In this document: piece after piece, positions 13,901 to 25,911 of the stretch
Layout of the letters: the number at the start of each line of letters is the position of its first letter
How positions within the stretch are numbered: the first letter of the stretch is position 1
DNA from: Schmidtea polychroa
Taxonomy: Eukaryota
Direction of reading: 5' to 3'
Assembly (NCBI GenBank): GCA_044892525.1
Contig: CM097885.1
Coordinates: forward strand, 45,696,001 to 45,760,000
DNA: 64,000 nucleotides
Made by a program: the position numbers and the translations under genes
Notes under the pieces: generated by a model
What the model was told of the DNA's origin: nothing
The model's database searches: none
Seen by the model: only the letters and a program-made list of their open reading frames with translations

Positions 13901-16476
13901 TATTATAAAATTGAAAAAAATTGTTTGAATTTGTATTGAACTTTATCGTTTGGATTTGAAAATAAAAACACTGTATGTTAAAAGATTATAAAAAAATTGA
14001 AAATTATTTATTTTTTTAGAAATATTAATCTCATGCATAAAATATTGATTAACTATAACTTTTTAATAAATTCAATGAAAAAAATAATCAGTAGTGAAAT
14101 TGGAAAGAAATGTTCTTATAATATAACGTTTTAATAATAATAATATTCGTATACAATCGTGATGATTTAAAATGCATCTACTGCATTGTACTTGAAATAT
14201 TATTATTATTATTATTATATTTTTCTATCCTAATAATGTTTGTGTACATTCTTATTGATTGTGATTTGTATTATATGTTCAGCATGTTTTCATTGAAGAA
14301 ATTTGCATAAAAATAGTATTTATTTATTATATATATACAAATATTAGAACGCACTCATATATAAACCTTTTTATCGAAATTTAGAAAATGACCCGAGTTA
14401 TATGGAAACTCTGAGCGGAAAATGTTAAAATAATGAGATTAAGTTTTCTAAAAATCAAATTAGCCGACAAGAGTCTTTGGACAAAAAGACGAATGGTCAC
14501 CAGATTAAACTCTTTAACAGATTTTAACAGAAATGCCGCTTTGTTACCTAATTTAATTATTTTGCATTTGAAAGTTTGTAGAGAGAAACTTCTATAAAAA
14601 GTAAAAACACTGGAAGACAGTTGTCAGTTGGTCGAAGATAAAATTTAGAATTAGAGTTAGAGAATTGAGCAAATTAAAGGTATACAAGAAAAGCCGGTTT
14701 TCCTTTGTAAATACCTACTCTATCATTTTATTTAAATTACAGGTAAAACTAAAAGTATTCTTGACAATATTGTTAGAAATTGTGGTGAAATTAAATAAAA
14801 TCTATTTTGTGTGGTGTCATTGATTTAATTTAACTAAAGAACACATGGAGTCAAAGTGTGATACCGGCTTTACAATAATAATCCAAATTGTTATAAATCA
14901 TTTTTGTCATTGTCAGAACACATTGTCATTTCTTTATAAAAATAAATGTTATATTTAAATAAAAGTGTACTTTTGTTTAAAATTAAAATTAAACAAAGTT
15001 TTATACAGAATATTATTCGAATAATGCATAAATAGCTGTATTTTATGATAATAATTTTCAAGTTATATTCATCAAATTAGTGTTTCCTTAGACCAAAAAT
15101 AAGTATCAATCGTTGATCAATTAACTGTATAATTCATATAATGCATCATGCCGCGAGGACTCGGATTTTTCACATATCCCATTTACTGAGAAACAAATCT
15201 GGAATTGAGAATATTTCTGTTAAAATTTTTAAAACTCTAGTAATTTCTTTTTAAAAATCTTTAAATTTTAATTTATTTGTAACTGAATAATTATCATCGT
15301 AATTGCTCTTAAAAGCAATGAGTTTACTAGATGTTTCTCTTCTTTGAGATTGAACGTTAATTATTTTGTTTTTATTTTATGGTTTTATTCGAAAAATGCA
15401 AAGATTATATTTAGCGAAAATACTAAATCAAAACCTTAAAAGAGTAAGGTATTCAAGGTTTCCCACATCTATATAATTAAAAATTGTTTTTTGAGTATTC
15501 AGGATATTTTTTAGAGACTCTCTTTAGACGATTCATAGTAATAGCTAGAAATAAAACAAAAACTTCATTTCAACAATGTGAAAAAAAATAAAATAATGTA
15601 CAAAAACCAAATTTTCAAAAAACACCGCTTGCTTAGAATTATGGAAATTGTTTTACATATAAAAACGTTACAGTGGGGTATGAATATATATATATAGTTT
15701 TATTATATAATTATATTTATCTTAAAATGACTTAAATCTCAACAATAAAAATAAAATGGCTTGCTTTATGACATCCTTATTCAAAATAAAATAACCGAAA
15801 TATTGTTTCAATAATTTTCATTTAAAATATTTTTCTGTTAAATTTTATTTTATAATAATTTTATTGATAAATAATTTAATTAATTCGTTTTGTATTTAAT
15901 TAAGATAATCCTATTGATTATATTTGTTATTACATAAACATGCACTCTGAATTTTTATTTTTCGTACAATAATCTGTATTTTTTGTTTTACTGTAAAAGA
16001 TTTCCATATTTATTGATCATAATGTTTGATAATTATTTATCTTTATCAAGGGATAAAGACATAAATTGTTTTCTTTTTATTTTTTGATACCATAAAGATA
16101 ATGATATTCTCCAATGCATTCAGCATTCCTTTACTAATGTCCAGAATGCTCTTTCTTTCAAACGGAAAAGAAATTCTGAAATTTTTAAACACTGTTCAGT
16201 TAAACATTTGAATTTTTGGTTACGAAAGAAGAGAAAATGAATTAATAAAAATTAGTTCGAAAAAAACTGCAATTGAAAGCCTCAAAGGAGAAAAGAGTAT
16301 TCAAACAGTTGTTTTGAAACGAGATCGTAAAGCTTTATAAAAGTTATTGAATGATTTGGATATTTCTTATGTAAAATTATAAGCTCACATTAACAAGTCA
16401 CTAATATCTGAAGACCTAAATTAAAAATTGTATCCTATTTAAAGTAAAAAAATCTCAGGTATAAAGAGACAGTAAA

Positions 16477-17027
16477 GAGATTTTGGCTCTCATCAGTACT
16501 GTGCAGGAGACGCGAAGATTTCTCTTTGTGCTAGGTAAGTATACAATATTGCTGATTCAACTCTATTGCATACTTTCCCTGTTACATTGGAAATCACATC
16601 ACTTGCAAATTAGCTAAATCACAGAAAAAATATCTGCAAACTTGTAAACATGGAGTATGAAAAATCATAGTCGCCTCTGGAGACACAGTCGATACACAGA
16701 AAATGTTTACAAGTGCATCCGTAAACCTTTAGTATTTTTAACTTGTAATGGAGTAAAATATTCTTTTTTACGGATGTCTGACATTAAAATAATATAAACA
16801 TTACAAGCTTTGTGATACCCAGTGTAAATCCCAATAGTAGACTAGCATGCAATAGAGTTGAATCAACAATATTGTATACGTACCTGGCGCGAAGAGAAAT
16901 CCTCGCGTCTTCTGCTTAGTACTGATGAGAGCCAAAATCTCGAAACTAGTCTACTACTGGGATTTACACTGGGTATCACAAAACTTGTAATGTTTATATT
17001 ATTTTAATGTTAGACATCCGTAAAAAA
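16477..17027. repeat. Rearranged inverted duplication of a hammerhead-bearing repeat (PLE pseudo-LTR/retrozyme-like)
   Basis: 16477-16571 is the reverse complement of 16847-16941, and 16764-16845 is the reverse complement of 16946-17027, each with a few mismatches. Confidence 0.85.
16917..16956 (+). ncRNA. Minimal type I hammerhead ribozyme
   Basis: Stem I TAGTA/TACTA, core CTGATGA, stem II GAG(CCAAAAT)CTC, GAAA, palindromic stem III ACTAGT, and GTC cleavage triplet ending at 16951. Confidence 0.85.
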
Positions 17028-17869
17028 TATTTTACTTAATAAATTTAATTATTATAAAATTTATTTTAATTAATTTATTAATTTAGGGGGAATAAGTATA
17101 CATGATCCAAAATTTGTTGCTTAATAGTTTTAAGTAGGTCAACTAGTATTTTTATGTAGGTCACAAAATCTTTTATATATTTCACGGAATTTTTATGTTT
17201 TTTTCATTGAAATCTTTCTTATTTATGGAATTTTTATGTTTTTCACGACAACATTTCTCAAATTTTAAGTAGGTCAAGTCATCTTTAAAACATAGTACCC
17301 GCAGGCACAGTAAGTAGGTCACAGACACACATACTCGTAACAAACATAGTCCCCGATAGAACAATATACAAAATGAGTATGTTATGTGGTTCTATTAAAT
17401 GAATAATAAGTCACACACACACATACATTCTATATAGTTTTATAAATAATAAATAAGTAGGTCATAGAAACAACATACACGTAAAAACAGTCCCTTCTGG
17501 CACATATATACTATATAGTTTTATTAGATTTAAATTTATTAAAAATTAGAGCTTGAAGACTATAAATCAGTAATGTATCGATGTTTTTTGATACTCAAGT
17601 AAGGGCAGTGCCGAAAATTCATGAGTATCAAAAAACATCGATATATTACTGATTTATAGTCTTCAAGCTTTCTTTTTAATAAATTCAATGGAAAAAATAA
17701 TCAGTGGTGAAATTGGAAAAAAATGTTCTTATAATATTATTAGATATAAGTTATACACACAATATATGTTGGGGAATATTAATTTTGGTTTTCTGTAAAA
17801 CTTTCTAAAATTTTGTTTAAAAAGATTTTAAAAGATTTGTTTAAAAAGATGGGTCCCGGAGGTCACCAA

Positions 17870-18625
17870 TTAATTATACTCAAGAGAACGCAAGAAATTT
17901 AGAGAATAAATTCCCAAAAGCTGCTGAGTTAATTATTAAATCCACTTATATGGATGACAGTTTAGATTCCGTGTAATCGGAAACAGAGGCATTTAAGTTG
18001 AAAAAAAATTAGAAATAATTTGAAGAATGGTCGGAATGAAAGCAAAAAAGTGTAAAACAAATTCTGAAAGATTGTTGGAAAGTATTCCATTGGAAGATCG
18101 ATCTTCAAAATTGAGCATTTAAGAGGATGGAAGCATGACAGTGACAACTTTAGGATTAAAATAGTTATCAGGACCGGACTATTTTGAGTTGTTGGTGAAG
18201 CCATTTCAATCGAATAAACTAACAAAAAGAACCTTATTAAATTGGATAGCTAGAATTTTCGACCCGCTAGGGTTTCGGATGTCCGGAATCGATTGGGATG
18301 ATCCATTGCCAATGGAAATAGAGATAAGTACAAAAGGTTGGTTTGAAGAAGCAATCAATTTAAATGAGCTTAAAATATCTAGATGTTTAATTTATTCTGT
18401 GAATAGCGTATGGAACGTTCATATATTATCCGATGCCTCTGAAAAGCTTACTGAGCGATAGAGTATTTAAGAAAGGAAACTAACGAATAAATTGAGACTA
18501 GATTTATAGCGGCTAAGTCAAAAGTCGTTCCAGTTAAAATGATTAGTACTTCTAGGATGGAATTTCTTGGATCTTTTGTTGGGTTAAAACTCTCAAAAAA
18601 TGATATCGAGAGCAATAAATTATGA
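17870..18625 (+). mobile_element. BEL/Pao LTR retrotransposon pol fragment (RT-RNase H), pseudogene
   Basis: STYMDDSLDSV, LTKRTLLNWIARIFDPLGF, GIDWDDPLP, HILSDASEK, FIAAKSKVVP...SRME. Confidence 0.92.
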
Positions 18626-20243
18626 TATCCTTTTTGCGCGTTTTAACCCGACACAATCTCCGACAGTTATTTTCCTTCATGGATTAAATTTTGATTATTT
18701 ATGGAAATTCCCTCCTTTCTATAAATTTTCCTTTTGAGCTCGTGTACTGATAATTCTAATTTTATTTCAATCATGTCAATGTTGCCACTCAATGTTCTTA
18801 TGAATATTTTTTTATTTAAAGGGGTAGGGTATCCCTTGGTAACCTCCGGGACCCATTACGGGGGTGTAGTTAAATGGCAAAATTAGTACCCTATCCCAAA
18901 GAATTTTATTACAATAAATTTTAAAAATCAGGTCATGGCAAACTGTAATCATACCATCTATCTTCTGATTTTTCACTGATTGGGCTATTGATAAATTGGC
19001 AATGTCTTCTGCGTTTGAGGATCTCGTTGTCCATTTCCTTGATCTGGGCAGTAATTTCCTGAATTCTAGTGTGGCCCCCGAAGGGAACCACGTACTGCTA
19101 TCATATGTTTTGGTATTAGCTTAATTAATTAAACACCCAGACAAACACACTTCATATAATTTAATTAATTACACACACATTCTATATAGTTTTAGGAGAT
19201 ATATTTCTAATTAAAATTATATTATCTTAATTAACTTATTCAAACATATTATGACTATACTCTGTACAAAAATGCCCGAGACCCACATTACGCTTGTTAT
19301 AATGTATCTTTTTTGTTGATTTAATTTTGTGGCCGACTGCTGATCACTTGCAAAGTTTTGGGCGGGGGAGTTCACATATACATAACCATAGTGTCTCACT
19401 GCAGACACAAGTGAATTTTTGGGAAAGTCAAAATAGACTTGCCCATACAACATAATCTTGTAGCCCCCTGCCTTCATGTGTTTTTAACAAGGGGTGAAAT
19501 ATACCCTAATATAATGCATTATTTGCATTAGCTTAACTATGCTCTCCACTGCCGACTGCTTCAAATTGACATTATGTACTTGATTTCAAAACATGTGTGT
19601 AAAATTATATGAATGTAATATGATATGTAACAATACAAAAAATTATTAAATTTATTAAAAAATCTTTGTATTGCTTTAAAATAAAATAAATTTTTTAATA
19701 AAATACTTTTTAAAAAAATTTAAAATATATTTAGTTTATAATTTTTGAAAGTTTTATAATTTTTCGAATAAGCTATTTAGAATCTAAATAATGTTTTTAT
19801 TTCTACATGATAATCATAGTGGATTTATCGAAATATAAAATTTAAATGATGTTTGATTGGTGTTTTCAAATATTATTAGTATTATTAATATTTAAAACAA
19901 TAAAATGATAATTTAAGCCTTTTGCTGCAAATAATGTATTTAATGAAAGAATTTTCGACTATACGATAGTCCTTGTCAATCTCCTCCTAATATTAATATT
20001 ATTTAAATATTAAAACAATATTTTTTATGATATAATAATACATATAATTTCATGTGGTCCTTGGGGCTGCACGAGTTGCTTTAAATTAATGACTTTGAAT
20101 CTCTATGATGTTGAACTATGTTTATGATTTTTAATATATTGTAATTTTGATTTTGTTAAATAATGTACTTTCCCAGAGTTATTTGCAATTGGTGGTTTCT
20201 CATTATTTTATATACTATGTATTTTGAAAAGTAGAAGCATCAG

Positions 20244-20691
20244 CAAGGCCGTGACAAGGCATTATTGCGCCCTGTGTGGTTCTATATCTGGCGCCCCTAA
20301 AACCCGAATCCAAATCAGCCTACTATAATAATTATAATATTCATGTTGAGATTGTTAATTATGTATTCATCTCCAGCTATTATAATAGGTATTAATGCTC
20401 TTAAAATTCGGTTGCTAATTGAAAAAATGGGAGGAGCCCGTTTTGTGGACTAACACTTTTCAAAATACACACCTATAAAGCCACGCTAATGGACCAGTCC
20501 AATCAGCAATGTTAAAGATAGGCTAGTTAGTGTGTCATTTTTTTTGTGCAGGTCATTTGATAATTTTTTTTATTTATATTTTTTGTTATTTTTTGGTAAC
20601 ATTAAAAAAATGTTACATTCCAATTTTGCGCCCCTTTCAGATGTGCGCCTTGTGCGACTGCACCGCTCGCAACACCCTTGTTACGGCCATG
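20244..20691. mobile_element. hAT-type MITE, 448 bp
   Basis: TIRs CAAGGCCGTGACAAGG / CCTTGTTACGGCCATG and a perfect 8-bp TSD AGCATCAG (20236-20243 and 20692-20699). Confidence 0.92.
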
Positions 20692-22903
20692 AGCATCAGA
20701 TTGAATGCATGTGGGCAAGTGAAGCTATGTTGTGAAAGAAGGTTTTGACTCCATAAGACGTAGCATTATTTAAAGAAGGAAATTGTTAATATATTTAGTG
20801 TTTATCACTTTGTCTTAATCAGGACGTTCCAAAAATGTTTATTTAGAAAATATTTGATATAGAATTTTATAAAACTTAATTTGTATAAAAATCATTTTGC
20901 TATAATGTTATGTATTTTTGTTGAATGAAAAGAATTTTTTATGGAAGTAATATTACATATTAACAGTACAATATTACTTTAAATTCAAAGATTGCTTTTT
21001 CAAGGTAAAATGTGACAACAATTTAGACTCCAAGAGTATAGCATGGTATTGAAGTCAGCAGAAGAGAAATCACATATGTTTTATATTATCTAGTAATAGT
21101 TTTGACTTTAGAGTTGGTACATTCAAGAATGAAAATATCTCGATATGGAACTCTTCCATCAGCATATAATTACGGAAAGATAAACATACGAATTTCTAAT
21201 TATTATTTTTTCCGTATGTTCTTATGGCATGTTATTTACTATGACTATTACTATATTTTTACTATTACTAATACTATTACTATTACTATTACTATTACTA
21301 TTACTATATTTTTACTATTACTATTACTATTACTATTACTATTACTATTACTATTACTATTACTATTACTATATTTACAGAGATGTCAAAGATCAAAAAT
21401 ATCTTAGGGCAAACTTTTTCATAATAATTTAATATTTAAATTTCACTGTTAGTTTTTGTTGATGTGAAATGATAATTTTAATCAACCTTTTTAATTCCAT
21501 TATTATTATTTTCTTACTGCAAAATGTAACACAAATTAGGGAATGAATTTTTATCATCTGTTTGTAATATTTTGTTAATGTTTTTACTTTCATTAAAAAT
21601 TATTAGTTATTAATTACATTGTTTCAATGTTTAAAGAAATTTTATTTTAAAATTATAATTAAGTCTTATTTATTTAAGAGATTTTTATTTTTGAAAAATA
21701 ATAATGATTGTAGACAGAATGAACAGTGATACATCTTGCAATATTTGAAAATTAATTTTAATGAGATAAAATTTGTAAAATCTTTTATGATTAGTCACAT
21801 GTTGTTTTTAACACTCAAAATTTCATTTATCTTCATTTCAATTATAGGCCAATGCTTGTTCTTTTCCTATTTAACACAATTGGAAAATTAAAAGCGGTGC
21901 CACAAATCTTTGCTCAGTAGGAAAAAACATTAAAGATAGATGAAATTTTAAATTAAAAAACGATAAATTTTATTATAGATAAAATATTTTAAATAAAATA
22001 AAAATAAAAATTCTTAATTATAGAACTTTCACATATTTAAAATTTAATAAAAACGAAAGAAAATAACTGGCTGAACTTATACTTTTTTAAAAGAGATGAC
22101 ATTATAATATTTATAAATTAAAAAAAGCATATATTCATTATATAAGTCTTTTTCGTTTTGTCTCGATTTTTTTCAAAATGTATAATTGAGTTAATTCTTT
22201 GTGAATTATAAAATAATTTTGAAATAAAAATTAAAATAACCTGTGAAAGTTTACTAACAATTAAAATTTATAAAAAATTATTTCATTTTATATTATAATA
22301 TTTATATATTGGGTATTGAAATACGAAAAAGGTCAAAAATTAAAGTTAATTTTATTGGTTAAAACTTAAATTATAATTAAGATAATTAATTTCAATGACG
22401 CATGCTGGAAAAAGAGTAAGGGAAGGTAAAATACATTTGAAATATTTCCTTGGGCTTCTCAAAATCAAAATTCATTCCTTCAAATATATGTAGAGATCAA
22501 ATATTTATGCCGCAATTAATTTTCTTCAATTTCGGTACCTTTGTAAGCCAAATAGTAAGTCTTGATATTCTTTTTATTTCTCACTTAAATGACAAAAGTA
22601 TTTTATTTATTTCAAATTCTCGGTAATCAAGAAATATTTATCAAAACGTTTTTAATTTTAACCAGTCATCTAATCCTATTTATAGTTATTTAAATGATTT
22701 ATTACCTAACTACTCTTAATTAAAACAACCAATCTTGTACTGACAAGTTAAAACTTGATCTTGCAATGCCATATGTAATTCTTTTATGCACTTTGTACAT
22801 AATGACGTCCAGATATAGTAATTTGCAATCATAATAAAAACGGGTATTTCCAGTTATGATTGCAACAAAATAAACTTTCCAATATCAAGACTTTTTCATA
22901 GTA

Positions 22904-23960
22904 CAGTAACCTCCCGCTTAAGTACGCAAAACATGTGGTACACATCCCGACTTAGTGAGCATAAAAAAATATAAAAAACTTGGATCAATATTTATTATGC
23001 AAAAAATTAAAGAAACCCGAGTAAAATTATTTTACAAAATGGAAAACAGATAAGGTAAAAGTTAACTATTAAATAAAAAGAAAAAAGACAGCACGGCAAC
23101 ATTAAAGCCTCTGTTGACGGATGCAAATAAAGAGGAGATGATTATGTTTGTATTTCGCCATTTGCAATTATTTGAAGATGGAAGTATTCGATTTTCGGAA
23201 ATGTTTAATATGATTCCCATTGATGAAAAGTGGTTTTATCTAACTGAGGAACAAAGCCGTTACCTTGAAACAGAAGAGGTTGAACATATCGCCAAGCAAA
23301 ATCAAAAAGGTTTATAACAAATGTGATATTTCTTGCAACTGTTGCTAAACTAGATTTGATGCACATAAAAATGAATGGTTTGATGGCAAAATTGGAATTT
23401 GGCCATTCATAAAAATGGAACCTGCAAAAGAAATAGCAGAAATCGTAGTAGAGGCACTTTCGTTTCCACACCCTTTATTGTTGATACAAAGGAGTACCGC
23501 AAAATGGTGATTGAAAAGTACTTTCAGCAATTAAATCTAAATAGCATGGAAATCGAATAGAACAAAGTAACACGATTTTTATTCAACATGACAACGCTAG
23601 ACCTCATATTTCACAAGACAAGTCAGAATTTGTCCAATACGCAACAAATAATGAATTTGATATTCGATTGATATGTCAACCACCTAATAGCCACGATACC
23701 AATATCTTGGATTTGGGATATTTTCGAACTTTGCTTATTATTCAACTAATTCGTCAAATTTAGATGATGTTATCAAATTTCTTGGACAATTTTTTAATGA
23801 CATGCCTCATGATTCGTTGAATAAAGTTTTTTTATCTCTCCAAAATTGTATGATTGAAAGCATCAAAGTCAATGAAGGAAACACATATGGCCAATGATCG
23901 TCAAGTCATCAATGGTACGATACCTGTATCTTTAGAAGTAAAAGCAGAAATATTAGCATA
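22904..23960 (+). mobile_element. Tc1/mariner DD39D-family transposon, degenerate
   Basis: TA|CAGTAACCTCC start; IDEKWFY; IQHDNARPH...QPPNSHDTNILDLGYF, with exactly 39 residues between the 2nd and 3rd catalytic Asp. Frameshifts present; right TIR not found. Confidence 0.85.
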
Positions 23961-24805
23961 TGCTCTTATCAACTTTTTGACAAAATTAGTTTTTATAGAA
24001 ACATATACAGTAATATGGGACAAGTAAAATATTATATGAATTTAAAATGCAATTTGAAAGTAGAAGAAAGATTTCAAATAAAATCTGAAACTTGGAATAT
24101 GTTCGAATGATCGGAAATTTGATGAAGTTTCAAAATTAAAGGACGATTTTTTATTAATGAAATTTATATTATTTAAATAAATATTTTTAATTACCTGATA
24201 TTGACAAAAATAATTTATGGAAATAAAATAATTAATTACTATTTAACAAAGTAACATTTAAAATTAAGTAAAATTTAGTCTGAATCTCATAATACAAACA
24301 TTGTTTATTATAGAAATCACTGAACTGATGCTTAGGATTACATAATGAAGGTTCAGTAAATTTTCATATTAATTAATTTACAATCCATATAAAAACAGAA
24401 TCAAAATGTAATATATCATTGCATGAATTTCAATCACTAATATTTAGTAAAATATTAAATTAATTCTGCTGAAAATTGAAAATAAATATTAGAATTGAAA
24501 TATCATAATAGAAAAAAAACCAATCACAATTATGAAATGAATAATTTGTTTAATTATTCATAAAAATTAACAAATTTAATGTAAACAAGTAAATTCATAC
24601 AATTAAAACAAATTTACATTTCTTTTGTTAAAATATATTATTTATTTTAAACATAAAATATATTATTTATTATAAACATTAAATTTAAAATTATATCACA
24701 TTTAGATTTTAATTATTTCTAATAATTTCTAAACCATTAAACTTTTGAAAAATTCCAAGAAATTTAATAAATCTGAGAAATGGTAAATATTTGTTTTAAT
24801 ATAAA

Positions 24806-24873
<68 letters not shown>

Positions 24874-25880
24874 AAAAACTTTAATTACACCTATTATTTA
24901 TTGCATTTGCTTTTCACTTTAAGAAATATTAGCCAAATATATTGTGTATTTTTATGTGACTGAAATTGAATAAACTAAATTTTCTATCAAATTTCTTTAG
25001 CAACTTATAGAATTTTAATCAGAAAATAAAATATAATTTCTTGCGTGCTTATTATTTGCAATCAATTAGGAATTAATTGTCTGAATGTCTGAATGTCTAT
25101 TTTGTTTGTTAGAACGAGAATTTCAGGAAATCTGCATTAGTCAATGCTTGTAAATACCTTACAGCTATTGTCGTAAATCTACTGTAGTTAAAGGTATTTT
25201 ATGTTTATTGTATTCTGTACGTTTTAAGAAATAATATGTGGTCATTGTAATATTATTTGATGTAAATTACATTAAAATTGACTCGACAATTGGAAGTTAA
25301 AATCAACTTGAAAACAAAGGTTGAAGTTTTACAAATTTTATTTTACAAAGATTTCGTCAATTAAACAAATTCATGTTTCTTTATTCTATTTATTAAAGCA
25401 CTGTCTTCACTAAATTTATTTTATTTTGAAGTTTTATTACTTTTTTCTTTAAAAGCAAATCTTCGAAAATTATTTTAATTTAAGAAATATTTTTCAAAAC
25501 CAAATAATAACTTTAAATTATTTAATTATTGAAATTTTCCAAAATGACGGAAACCTAGACATAGTTTTAATTTTAAATTTAATTGAAAGAATTGTATTTT
25601 TTTAATTTAGTATTTTAATCTTTTCAAGTGAAAAGTGAGAAAAAATATTTCGGAGAAAATAATAATACATTTAATAAATGTCAGTAATATCATTTATTTT
25701 ATGTGTTCATCTTTGATTTGTTTTACTTATTAAGACTATTAAGTAAATTAATTTTTTTAAATAAATACTCAAATAAACTCGGTAAAAATTTGATTAATAA
25801 AAATCGCCATTCGTACATCTTTTTCACTATATATTTCGATAGCATCACTATCATCATCAGGTTACCTACATTCACGACGG

Positions 25881-25911
<31 letters not shown>

